DNA of 56,761 bases, counting the filler, from Asterionella formosa (lineage: Eukaryota), in NCBI GenBank assembly GCA_002256025.1. It is 5 parts of 5 records of this genome, joined end to end, with 100 filler letters (N's around TTAATTAATTAA, not from the genome) between each part and the next. Parts side by side here need not be neighbours in the genome. Positions count along the whole stretch, not along the records: positions 1 to 11,282 come from NKIB01008636.1; 4 more parts are not named here. One strand, given 5' to 3'. A model generated the notes under the pieces. That model did no database searches, was not told where the DNA came from, and saw only the letters and a list, made by a program, of their open reading frames with translations. The position numbers and the translations under genes are program-made. This document shows positions 1 through 11,382 of this stretch, piece by piece. Each line of letters begins with the position of its first letter. Positions within the stretch are counted from its first letter, which is position 1.

Positions 1-471
1 GCAGGCTATTGTAATCTCTACAATCAACAATGACTTGATAATGTGTCTACAACATCAACTACTACTACGTGTGCTGAATTCTACTGTGTGAATCTTCCTC
101 TTGCATGTGTTATTCTTTGCCAGTTCAGATCAAAGAAATATGTCGGAGCGGAAAAAATAATAAGTGAATCGGAATTGGCGACTCTTTCGTTCATTATATG
201 GTGAAAGCAGCATAATATTGCGGCAGAGCATCATAATTTCGCTTTTAAACTGTTGCGATGGCTAGTTGGTCAACATATATTGTCACGAACACACATAATT
301 ATTGGTGTGATCACATAATTATTCGATAAGTGAAATAAATTTTTGTTTAACCCGAATAAATTAGGGAAAAAAAAGCATAATATTTCAAAAAAGTAACATA
401 ATATTTTAAAAAAGTAGCATAAGTCACTTTAGACATAAATTCGAAAAAGTGCCGTAAACGGCGTCTTAGAT

Positions 472-747
472 GTAGTACTTCACCTTGCTCGAACATTAGA
501 TGAAGAAGTTGCTCTACTTACTACTTTAAATTCCACCAGTACAAGTACTATGACTAGTGTAGGAGAATAACGGAAATCACCAAACTGGAGAAGAACAACT
601 AGAGATGGAGGTAGCGAAAAAAAGCAGCAACTATATTACTAGTATGCATTGCTACAGAAGGAGTGAATTAAGGGATTTGAATGTTCAACAAAGGTAGATA
701 CTGATTCATTGTACCAATTCGAAGACTTGCGACTGAGAAACAACATC
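472..747 (+). repeat. Left arm of a long degenerate inverted repeat (partner 2135..2393)
   Basis: 703..737 matches the reverse complement of 2146..2180 at 30/35 nt. 472..485 GTAGTACTTCACCT resembles the reverse complement of 2380..2393 (GCAGTACCTCACCT). Colinear patches lie between these. Confidence 0.75.
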
Positions 748-1157
748 CAGTCAGACAAGAATTCATCATTTGAGACTCAACCCCCTGAAATCACCAATAC
801 CTAAAGCAACAGCAACAGCAACATCCAGCATCAAAAAAAACCATATTTGTACTCCACTAAAGCCAAGAAACTGTGCCCATTCGAATTCACCCTGCATTCA
901 ATCAACAACCAAAATCTAAATCCTCATACCAACCAGCCATATGGCTGGTTGCAACCTGAAGATCAATTTATTAAGCAAGATACATCGGCCTCAGTGTAGA
1001 TTTTCTTTTGCATTTAATAATTAAGAGTAAAAAATTGTGACGCATACAAAAATCGATGCAAATTCTTTGATATATTTATATCGCCCTCTGCTCATTTCCC
1101 CTCAAAAGGTATGTAACATGATTGATCTGATGTTGTCATTCATCATGTTTGTTGATT

Positions 1158-1190
1158 TTGCTTCTTGCTTCTTGCTTCTTGCTTCTTGTT
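1158..1190. repeat. (TTGCTTC)n microsatellite, about 4 copies
   Basis: Read directly: ttgcttcttgcttcttgcttcttgcttcttg. Confidence 0.85.
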
Positions 1191-1217
1191 TGCTTCGTTG
1201 CTCTGTTGTTCGCTATG

Positions 1218-2303
1218 TTAGATCGTTGACATAGGTTGCCTTGCAGAAAGTTGTGTCGAAATCGCGATCACAGAAAAAGTTTTGAATTGTTTGACAAGCT
1301 TCACAACGCTGATGGGGTCCGCTTCATGTGTTGTTGTGTCAACTTCGGCGTCCATCCTCCTGTCATATTGTCTTGCTCGCCTTGAAAAATGTCTTATCCT
1401 TTTTGTTGTGAACACTTTGTCTGTTGACATGCTCTCCCGCACCACAGACATGAAGTTTTCTTTACCCCTTTTCCTCTTCAGAGAAATCCGATGGTAAAAA
1501 TTCTTGGCGGAACCCCAAGAATACTCGATTCCCTCTCCTGCAACTTGAACCCCTTGTCACCTCACCCTTCTCATCCATGAAAGCTGCTTCCTCGGATGGT
1601 ATCTGAATTCATCTGTGCATCCTTTGTTCATAGCCCAGATATCATTTGCAGAAATCCCATCGGTATTGAACTGTTGCAGGTTTTTCATGTCCATCAACAT
1701 ATTATCCTTCCTTGGTGCATATCGGAATTCCAGCTGAGTCATCCAGTGATAGACGGTGGAGGGGCTAATTCAGGTAAGTCCATCTGTGATTAGAATTTGT
1801 TTCAACTTTGACTTGTACTCCTCCACAGAGCAAGTTCAAATCAAGTGCAACAAAATACTCTGCTCCTCTTGTTCCTCAACAGGTTCATTGAATGTCGAAT
1901 GGACCAGTGCTGGTAGGACCTTGTCATGGTGGTGTATATATTACGAAAGCATTTCGATGGAAAGGGTATCCAAGTTTTCTTTGCAATATCGTTGAATGTT
2001 CATGCAGATGTTGGGGTTGGCATGCAGGAAGGTGACAGATCGCTACTTGTAGTTTACTCTCAGTTGGAATTTGCGCTTTTATCGGAAATTGCGGTACCAC
2101 TTGGAGACAATGTGTGCATGTGTGGCAAGTGCTTGATGTCGGTTGCTCAGTCCCAAGTCGTCGACTTGAGACAATGAATCTGTAGCTAGTTCTGATGATT
2201 CATCACTCCCCCCTAGCAATAATAGTCTACTTGTTGCTCCTTTGCCTTCTTCTCCTTCTTGTTGTTCACTTGTCCTTCTCCTTTTCCTTGAATTTTTATT
2301 CAT
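1218..2303 (-). pseudogene. Decayed, internally deleted IS630/Tc1-like DDE transposase remnant
   Basis: Minus-strand frame across the stop at 1557-1559 reads VAGEGIEYSWGSAKNFYHRISLKRKRGKENF...FSRRARQY. This resembles the C-terminal catalytic-Glu region (ELxxIExxWGxAKxxY) of this family. Multiple stops; the D..D part is not found. Confidence 0.65.
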
Positions 2304-2393
2304 CTCCTAGACCAGTCATACTAAATTTACTATTTGAATGAATGACTGTATGTAGAGTCACTTCATTCTCTACTAGTTGAGGTGAGGTACTGC
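2135..2393 (-). repeat. Right arm of the inverted repeat (partner 472..747); overlaps the start of the transposase remnant
   Basis: See 472..747. Confidence 0.75.
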
Positions 2394-3146
2394 CTACTAC
2401 AACTAGCTACTAGATGAATTTACGTGGTGACCAACACGACAATTTTGACCATCATTCCCTGACTTCATATTCTTAGCTAGTAGCCTCTTCAATGGAACAC
2501 ATTTCTATTCCCATTCAGATGAATTACCCTTGGTAGGAAGTTTAGGAACTGCTGATACTGTCTTTCCTGTAATGTAAATAAATCTTTGCCTACTTTTGAC
2601 CTTCGTTTGATACTCTTGTCGAAATACCATCACCTTCTTGTCTGCTGTGGAAATCGCGACCTTGTTTGACTCCAAAGATTGATTTGGAAGCACCTTATTG
2701 AGATACCTTATCAATCTATTTTTAAATTGTATGGTATCACTGAAAGAGTTTTTTCGTGAAGATATTCGTTGAATTGATTGACCGGCAACCAAACACCATG
2801 AATGGCAGGGTCACTGATGGTGGCCATACGGATATTGCTATAACTTTTTGAATATCATGTGAAAAGTGATTTTTCAAAAGTATTTCACTCATGACTATAC
2901 AAACGATCATAAAAGCCTTCAGGGAATCACTTTTGCACAGGAAACGGCGGTGATATTGAGCAACATGGTGAGCCAATCGAAGCAAACAAATTGGCATGAT
3001 ATTCCTTCCTACGGTAGGGATAAGGATAATTGTTTGTACCAGCGCTACGTGGGCTACTATAATAATTATTTTGATGCAACTAGCCTCATGATGCGGAGAC
3101 CGCTAATCCATTTTCTTCATTGTTTTTTGGTCGATTGACCATTTCA

Positions 3147-3775
3147 GGCCGTTGCTAATGGTGGACCAAAACGCAAACCAAACATTGTTTTGGTTTTGGT
3201 AACCCCAAAAAAAATTGCTATCGGGATTGAAAAACCCAATGCAAACGCATTACGTTTAGGGGATTCCGTGCCCATATATCCCAATAAGTTACCCAAATGC
3301 ATTACATTGAGGTTTTTTTCCCAAAGTTACCTAAATGTAGGATTCCATATTGACTACTTTGAATGTAGTCACTAGAAACCCAATAAATATCATCGCAGAA
3401 TCACTACATATAGGACGCATCATATGCCGGTACCGGTATATCATATCTATATACAACAATAGCTATACGGTACTGGTACCAGGTACCATACCACACTGGC
3501 GAGAACAACAACAACAACAAATCGACTTCGATTTATTATGTGGATCACATAAATCAATCTTCTGTCACCACGACTTCATCTTCGTCATCCTCTTCAACTG
3601 AGGCTGCTGGTGGCGGTATAGCTCCGGCAACTGGGACTGGTGCATCGCCACATCCCATTGTATCAATATATCTGGTAAGTAATCAGTAGATGTTTTGTTG
3701 CAGGTAATGGCGCATTGCCAATTCATTTAAAATAAGTTTTTGGGTTTTGGTTTGGGTCAACGGTTAGCAACGGCC
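3147..3775. mobile_element. Non-autonomous PIF/Harbinger-type (Tourist-like) MITE, about 630 bp
   Basis: Left end GGCCGTTGCTAATGGTGGACCAAAACGCAAACC versus reverse complement of right end GGCCGTTGCTAACCGTTGACCCAAACCAAAACC. A 3-bp direct repeat TCA flanks both sides (3144-3146, 3776-3778). No transposase ORF. Confidence 0.85.
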
Positions 3776-3929
3776 TCATGCAAGCAACCTATCGAGATGA
3801 GCAATTTGCTCAAAATCTCAAACTAATTACATAGCTGCCTACTTGTAGCATAAACCGGTACAAATGTATGCTCGGGAAGGATCCAGAATTTACATTTACG
3901 TAAGTTTTGATAGCAAAACATGTTATTCT

Positions 3930-4085
3930 GGTTACCAGGTACAATGGAGCATTGGTACCAGGTACCCTGGTACCAGGTACCTGGTACCTGGTACAAAAGA
4001 ATTCTCTATGGTTCACGGCAGTTTTTACTATTAGTGGTTGTACTTGAAACAGGATTACCAGGTAACGGTACTCCTGGTACCAGTA
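3930..4085. repeat. Cluster of palindromic CTGGTACCAG/GGTACC motifs upstream of the reductase gene
   Basis: Example: ggtaccaggtaccctggtaccaggtacctggtacctggtac at about 3953-3993. Confidence 0.85.
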
Positions 4086-4621
4086 TCATGACTTGCTGAC
4101 GTGTGAAAATTCGATTGGTGTTGCTTGTTTTACGTGTCGTTGGTGTCATTTAGCTACTATGAATAATATTGAGATCGATTCGAGTCATGATGCAGACTAC
4201 CGGTTGTCTAGAATACTACTTTCTTTTTTACCGGTAGCTGATTTGACTCATAAAACGTGTTCCTACTTCATTATCATGACCGCGTCCTGGTACAGCAATA
4301 TTCAATTTAAATATATACGCAGATGTATATATCTTTCTATATACTGGTATTGAATTATGGTACTTCTCCTAATGGCACGATTTCGTGTATGTCCAATATT
4401 GAATCATATTTGGGCTCTCTCATGACTTGACATGGCATACGGTATCACTCATTACCGGTACTCAAATTAAATGCTCACTTTTTAACTTTGCAACTACCGG
4501 TATATTGGATTGTTCAGTTGACTCCTTGATTTCGCTTTCACAGCATTTGACATAGATTTAATCCTCAAAAAGCAATTGTCGAAAACTTCATCATTGATTA
4601 GCCACCAGCTACTGCGATACA

Positions 4622-7138
4622 ATGTCCGGTGAACCGAAGAAGCAATCAGATGGGGGGTTGACTACTTTGAGAGCAAATCGGCAAAACAGGACCAATACCA
4701 GCAGCACAACCTCCGACAGATCGAACGTGGTATCGGCTCCTCATCCCCTGGAATCAACCCGCTTTTCGAACATCTTTCATATTAATGACCGAGACGGTCT
4801 CACTGTTAACCTGTCTCCAAGCACCGTACTGTCTCGTACGTCCCGAGGACACATGGCGAGACGAACAGTTGACTTGGGGACAATCACGGAAGCATCCACC
4901 GATGAAGCTAGTGGTGACGAGGTTTTGCTCGATTTCCGTTCTCGTGCAACGCCTCGTCGTGAGTCCCGAGGTGGTCCTGCCTTATTAGGCCCTCCAAGTC
5001 GATGGAATCAGGATAGTAAGTCTTACACAGTGGCTCACGAACGAAACATAGCTTCGGTTCAATCGATTCTCAGTGAAGTAACTATTGACGATGAAGAGGT
5101 TCCGACGATTCTGAATGTGCCTATATCGAAAAACGACGATTCCGATAAACCCAATGCGGCAAAGGAGGCAAGATACCCTAACAGCCCTCACCAAGCATTG
5201 GAGTTCCCTCCACTTTACTACATGCTTCGCAACTTCCCAAAGCTTTTGGAATATTGTGAATCCTTGTATCATTTCCGTTGGAGCATGTTCTATCCCTTTC
5301 AAAGACGGATTCTCTTCAGCAAAACTCTGGGCAAGATTGGTATCTTTTTTACTTGGGGTGAGCTCTTCTTAGTACTCCCATTTTTTGCTTTCATCATTAC
5401 CGGAACGATAGCTTCCTTTATCAATCCATCGGTAAGCATTTCGGGTCACATGTCACGAACCCCACTTATCTTCTGTTTCATAACAGCGATGCGAAACTCC
5501 TTCTTGACATTGCTATTTGGCATTCCTGTTGAACGTGCTATCTGGTACCACAAGCTTTCGGCGAGAGTTGCGTACTTCAATGGGATTCTACATACATATG
5601 TCGCTTTTGTACATCCCGATCGCGAGGATGGCATTTTCCCTCCCACCTCGCAGGATGGAACAAACCCCAACTTTTGGAGATTTTTGTTTGCTGATCAAAT
5701 CAACTCGGGAGGAACCCTGCTCATCGTTTTCATGACTCTCATAATGGTCACAGTCATTCCTTGGATTCGACACCGCTTATTTGAAATGTTTTACTACTGT
5801 CACCTGGTATTTGCAGCATCACTGATCATTTGTGCCTTCTTTCATACCGGAATCGTCGTCCCCATTTTGGCTGCTTTGACTTGGGGAGTGGACCTGTTCA
5901 TCCGGAAGATACAAATGGCTTCTTTTCGAAATCCTAAAAATGCATCTATTTTCATCATTTCTGACTCTGTGGTGAAAGTGACCTTCCGCAAGTCAGATGG
6001 GTTTGATTATAATCCTGGGCAGTACGTTTATCTCGCAGTGCCTGAATTGAGTCTCTTTGAGTGGCATCCTTTTAGTCTATCCAGCAGTCCAGGACAAAAG
6101 TCTGTTTCACTTCACATTCGTAAGGCTGGGAAGTGGACTTCTGCATTGTATGATCTTGCGGAGCAAAAGACAGAGATACGTGTACTCATGGAGGGCCCAT
6201 ATGGCTCTGTTGGTGTCGATCTCCTAGGTGATCGCTACAAAATGGTGATGTTGATTTCAGGGGGCATTGGTGTAACTCCTATGCAGGCCTTGTGTAATCA
6301 GCTCATGTATGAGCATAGCTCCAAGAAACGGGAAATGAAGAAGCTGACCTTCATCTGGGTTGAGCGAGACCCGACATTGACGAATGCAGTGGATGTTGTC
6401 CGCCACACTGGTGCAAAGAAAACAAAACTGTCGCGCCAATTTTCTGACCCTAGCCTACTTGTGAAGCCAATGCGAAACAAGTCTATTCGTAGTATGGCGT
6501 ATGAGCTTGATGATTCACAAAGCATTGCATCGACCCTACTTTCCATGGTCCCTGCTAGCTATGTCACCGATGAGCAGCTTGAGAAGATATATCCCAAAGA
6601 TGTTGACCTAGACGATGTTGATGATAACTCCAGCATTGTCAGTGGGTTGTCATACCTGACTCGGATTATGTCAGTTAAACGCGTGAAACCCATATCAAGG
6701 ACACCAGCTATTAGTCAAAAGGAAAGTAAGCGCTCTGAATCAGAAGAGATCAGTTTCGCTGACATTGATCATGCTACAATGAAATCATCTCGCAATCTTT
6801 TCGATGATGAAGAAACAGTGGTTCGTGAAGCGTACCAGCAACGAGGATTCGCAAACGAAGATGCAAAAAGGTTGGACGCTGTCCTTGACCTCCAAGTGTA
6901 TGTGACTGGCAAAGGTGTTTCCAACAACTTAGCTCATTTGCCATTTGTAAACTTCACTCGACCAGATTTGAAGAAACTATTTGCCGATATGCGTGAAGAC
7001 GCCATGGCCAAGGGCGAAACACATGTTGCTGTTTGTGTTTGTGCTCCTGCTCGTCTGGTTCATATCTGTCGGAAAGCATGTGTCAAGTATAGCGATTGGA
7101 TGGTTCACTTTGATTTTCATGAGGAAGTCTTTGGTTAA
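4622..7138 (+). CDS. Ferric reductase / NADPH oxidase (FRD) superfamily membrane oxidoreductase, ferric-reductase type
   Basis: 838-aa intact ORF with hydrophobic helices. Heme His pairs HKLSARVAYFNGILH and HLVFAASLIICAFFH (both H-x13-H). FAD motifs PGQYVYL and EWHPFSLSS. EGPYG. NADPH motif LISGGIGVTP. VCVCAP. Terminal FHEEVF. Confidence 0.93.
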   Translation: MSGEPKKQSDGGLTTLRANRQNRTNTSSTTSDRSNVVSAPHPLESTRFSNIFHINDRDGLTVNLSPSTVLSRTSRGHMARRTVDLGTITEASTDEASGDEVLLDFRSRATPRRESRGGPALLGPPSRWNQDSKSYTVAHERNIASVQSILSEVTIDDEEVPTILNVPISKNDDSDKPNAAKEARYPNSPHQALEFPPLYYMLRNFPKLLEYCESLYHFRWSMFYPFQRRILFSKTLGKIGIFFTWGELFLVLPFFAFIITGTIASFINPSVSISGHMSRTPLIFCFITAMRNSFLTLLFGIPVERAIWYHKLSARVAYFNGILHTYVAFVHPDREDGIFPPTSQDGTNPNFWRFLFADQINSGGTLLIVFMTLIMVTVIPWIRHRLFEMFYYCHLVFAASLIICAFFHTGIVVPILAALTWGVDLFIRKIQMASFRNPKNASIFIISDSVVKVTFRKSDGFDYNPGQYVYLAVPELSLFEWHPFSLSSSPGQKSVSLHIRKAGKWTSALYDLAEQKTEIRVLMEGPYGSVGVDLLGDRYKMVMLISGGIGVTPMQALCNQLMYEHSSKKREMKKLTFIWVERDPTLTNAVDVVRHTGAKKTKLSRQFSDPSLLVKPMRNKSIRSMAYELDDSQSIASTLLSMVPASYVTDEQLEKIYPKDVDLDDVDDNSSIVSGLSYLTRIMSVKRVKPISRTPAISQKESKRSESEEISFADIDHATMKSSRNLFDDEETVVREAYQQRGFANEDAKRLDAVLDLQVYVTGKGVSNNLAHLPFVNFTRPDLKKLFADMREDAMAKGETHVAVCVCAPARLVHICRKACVKYSDWMVHFDFHEEVFG

Positions 7139-7841
7139 AAAGTATTAGGGGTTTACCGGTACTATATATAGAGGAAGATCAGAACAGCTGGATATGTTCC
7201 GATCTTGAGAATTTGAGAAAAAGGAATACGTATGTTTGCATACCACTTCAATTCGGGGATTACGTATGCTCTATTTACATTTGGAATTAGTATTAACCTA
7301 CAGGAAGAGAGGAATGGATTGACCATTGGAGATCATTTCCATTTTTCACAGTTTATATCATAATTTTAGTTTATGTTTTACATTTTAACCTTTATTATCC
7401 GGTATTGCCACTGAGAATATTGTCACTGTTAAAGACGGCTTCTGGTTAGCAATAATAGCCAGCCCATTTTCCCTTTACTAGTTTATCAGGACCCCCCATT
7501 CCGCTCACTGTGAGCAAGTGAAGAAAGAGAAGAGTCACTGCGAAGCAACGGCGTGTCTGCCCAAGTTACAGTGAATACTGACAGAGACAGAAAAGAAGTC
7601 AACTGTGTCAAGGACAATGTTGCAGGTGTCAAGCTTAGGACAAGGAGTCGGCACTGATCAGAGTAGAGAATCCTCTGCTGGTATGGATACGCGTGTCTGC
7701 GGACAATACTACTAGAAAACCAAAAGTGGCTGCAAGCCCCAATAAAGAAGAGAAACCTGTTGAAATCCCATATATAGTCACTTCGTACAGAGTATAAAAC
7801 GACTCTTGATAGCAACGAGACTAAACAACAACTGTTAAACA

Positions 7842-9561
7842 ATGAGTACAAATCCAATAATCCCAGAGATGTATGAAATGGTCTGGGATGACAATGATGA
7901 AGACATTGATAATGAAGCAGATATGGAGAATGACTTTGGAACAATGTTAACAAACATAATGGGCATTGAAGATGAATTCAAAGAAATATTACAAAGCAAT
8001 GGAATCATTACTATGAAGATATTTTTCACTTTCATAAGAAGACCAATATTGCAAATCTTATCCATGCTAGGAGAATCAAGATACAGAATATACAGAGCAA
8101 GCATTGTGAAGATACTTACTGTGAATGAAGAAATCAAAGAATGAGGATCCTTGTGCAAAGTGGACATGAATACAATTCACAATGTTATCACAAAACCCGA
8201 ATACATTAGCGCATACAACACTCACAAGAAAACATTGCGCAAATCCCTAGAATTAGCTAGCTTGGAGACATCATAACCTACAAACATTGCAATCAGAAAT
8301 TTCAAGGCAGGCATTGTCAGAAGAAGAAAGAAAAGTAGTTGCAACAGCAACCCCACACCACCAGGGGAAGACACTGCAACCAAGACAAGTTCCTGAACAA
8401 CTATATGCAAGCAATAACAATGTTGAGCCTCACCCAGAGGAACCACTTTCCAAAAACTTTGACGCTGCATTATATGCACAATCTCTAGCTATGAGGAACC
8501 TAACAAATCCTAGTGGCTATAAACCAACGTTAATTACGAAAGAACAGCGAGTATTGCCGCGGACAGGTTTTAGTTCGAAAATTCGATGGAATGGACAAAG
8601 GGAAACGTTAGCAAGTTTTCAAGTTGCCTTTGAAGAAGGCCAACTGTATATGTCGCAATGCGGGTATGCAATATCACCATCCTTTGTTCAAGCATATGTG
8701 TCAAAAAAAGAATCATGTTTAGATGACTTCCCCGAGATAGGAATACACCTTCAACAACTAAAAGCAGACAATGCATACATATTTGGAGCAATAATGACTT
8801 TGTGTAATGGCGCAGCGATAACACATCGGATGCTAGAACGTCATAGAACTACACAAGATAGGATACTGGCTTGGCATGAATGTGTAAATACATATATGTT
8901 GGGAGGAACTAAGAAATTACAAATGGCAGCACATGAGCAAGTTATCCAAACTAAGTATTACCCTGGTTATCATAATGGCATTGTGGGTTTTGTCGATGAC
9001 TACCAGGGCGCATTCAATGGCCTTTTGGATTGCAACGCATTTATACAGATGCATAAATGACAAATAGATTGCTTAACAACCTTTGGACACCAGAGCTTAG
9101 TACCATCATTGATACATGCACAAGCAAAGGATTCAGTTTCACAGAAACCTGTAACCATATATAAGACCACGGAATAAGGGTTGCAGCTTTTGAAGCTAGC
9201 TATGAATAGTACATCAATGGCACAAACAGTGGTATCATCTGGTCGACGGACCTTCAATACAACAAGTGATATGACGGTCAGACAATTGTTAAACACTATG
9301 GTACAAAGACGACAGAACCGTAATCCCAACCAGTACCCAGATGACCTTATGATACCCCATACCATATGGCGACAGTTGACCCCAAGTGCAAGAATTTTAA
9401 TTCAACACATTAGGGATACTACTATCATGTCATCTTTGACCAACAGTATCCCACCATCAGGAAGTTCTATTACCCATGATACTACTACTTCAATGCTTAG
9501 CAACCCCCTGATGGTCCCCAAACAATATTCCAATCCGGCAGAACGCAATCCAGAAGAATGA
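7842..9561 (+). pseudogene. Copia gag, broken into at least 3 ORF fragments
   Basis: Consecutive + strand fragments (7842-8144, 8287-9060, 9181-9561) upstream of the protease, separated by stops and frameshifts. Confidence 0.6.
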
Positions 9562-9570
9562 GCAGAGAAT

Positions 9571-11282
9571 ATGTCAATGCAATCAACCCACCAAATTGAA
9601 ACACAGCAACATCAAGATACCTCAGATGACCCGGATGCAGAACAGCTTATTTCCTTACTAACTGAGGTGTTAAAGCATGAGGAAAAACTAAATGATGGTA
9701 TTCGCTCCATCTATACAGTGCTGCATACTCGAGACATCACAATGGATACCACCATATGCAACCGCAGATGTTTACTATCATTACTGAACGAACATACTTT
9801 TCTAAGTGTAGCAGACAATGGAGCAGATACTTGTGTCATTGGAGACGGATGGCATATTGAGTCATCTACGTCACGAAAAGCCAACCTTGTCGGGTTTGAT
9901 GCAAAAGCTTCTCGTAAAACTGGAATGCCCATTGTCAGTTTGGTAACAGTAGTTGAGACACAAGGGAATAAAAACCTTCTCCGTGTACATGAAGCTGTGT
10001 GTAATCAAGGCAGTCCTACCACCCTCCTCTCAGAGTTTCAATTACGAGAGCATGACTGCATTGTTGATTCTATTTCCACTAAGCACCCAACAAGTGTAAC
10101 AGGCAGGAAAGGAGGACAGTGTTTTCTTCCCTGTCCTCATGTCTACATCCCTTTTATCATTAATGGAGGTCTTATGACATTCAGACACCGGTTACCAACA
10201 GAACAAGAATTAACATCATTAACACCTAGCGATATCACAGCAGACTCCCCTTGGGATCCTAAATCACACTACAGTGACCCATGCTTATCATTGATGCCAT
10301 TACAGCAAGATATCTCAGTCCAGGTACATAACATTGTACACATGGAAGACAATAAACTCTGCACCTCACCATACATACTCTTGGACTCTACCCCCGATAC
10401 ATACAAGAACCCTTTGGGCTTGATATTAAACCCAAATCTTGCAGCTGAGAAACCTAACAAAATGTGTCATGATCTCCTTACTACTCGCATAGTCAATCCA
10501 AACATTGATGCCCTCAGACCATAGTACCTAGGATTCCAATCAACTGAGGTCATTTCCCATACCTTGGCCAACACAACACAGTTGGCTAAAGCTACTATAT
10601 ACCGGTATCCCCTTCGATGCCAGATTAAATCCCGCTTTCCTCAAGCTAATCGGCCACGCCTCAAAGAGAAGGTAGCAACTGATACATTTTTTGCCAACTG
10701 CCGCGACATTACTGGTGCTACTTGTGCACAGGTCTTCTATGAAATCACGTCCCACGTTATCAATGTATATGGTAGTATGCCTTCCGAAAACGGTGCCCCC
10801 GATGCTTACAACGATTTCCTGCGACATGAAGGTTGCCCCACCATTTTACGTCGAGATAATTCACGTGTCCAATCTGGCTTCCGGTTCCAACAATTCAACC
10901 GTTTGTATCTGATTGGGGATGAATACACGGAGCCATACCATCCACAGCAGAACATGGCTGAGTTACGGGCAGTTAAATGGTTGAAGCAACACACCCAATT
11001 GCTACTTGATCAAACAGGAGCACCTCCTATGCTTTTGTTGCTAGCATCACAGTACCTTGCTGCTTTACACAACCATATCGCTGATGAGACCCTCAATTGG
11101 GCGATTCCCCTCACACTACGCCATGGTGACATCCCTGATACTATCTCAAAATTCTTACACTTCCAGTTTTATGAGAAAGTGTATTACTTAGACTACCAAG
11201 AGGTATATCCAGATACTAAAGAAAAGCCTGGGTACTGGGTTGGAATTGCAGACAATGTGGGGGACATCCTGACCTACAAAAT
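9571..11282 (+). pseudogene. Copia pol N-terminal half (protease and integrase), frameshifted at about 10524
   Basis: Protease DNGADTC; TTLLSEFQLRE. Integrase D,D,E candidates VATDTFF / RRDNS / TEPYHPQQNMAE. FQFYEKVYY...GYWVGIADNVGDILTYK. Confidence 0.88.
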
Positions 11283-11382
11283 NNNNNNNNNNNNNNNNNN
11301 NNNNNNNNNNNNNNNNNNNNNNNNNNTTAATTAATTAANNNNNNNNNNNNNNNNNNNNNNNNNNNNNNNNNNNNNNNNNNNN
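11283..11382. other. Artificial 100-bp scaffold linker (N44-TTAATTAATTAA-N44)
   Basis: Six-frame-stop spacer flanked by 44 N on each side; four identical copies in the window. Confidence 0.98.

Larger units (their letters stand above)
7421..11282 (+). mobile_element. Decayed Ty1/Copia (CoDi-type) LTR retrotransposon, 3' part cut by the scaffold end
   Basis: Domain order gag fragments (7842-9561), aspartic protease VADNGADTCVIG (about 9808), integrase. Many stops and frameshifts. The 5' boundary and LTR are a guess, because no 3' LTR is present to compare. Confidence 0.85.

Noticed and set aside
451..475. Helitron 3' end (GCCGTAAACGGC hairpin)
   Set aside because: No CTRR terminus at the expected distance and no Rep/helicase sequence
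2505..3138. Short ORFs of 86-95 aa
   Set aside because: No recognisable motifs; consistent with chance ORFs or unidentifiable TE debris
11327..11338. TTAATTAATTAA recurring every ~11.37 kb as a biological periodic repeat
   Set aside because: Synthetic six-frame-stop linker embedded in Ns
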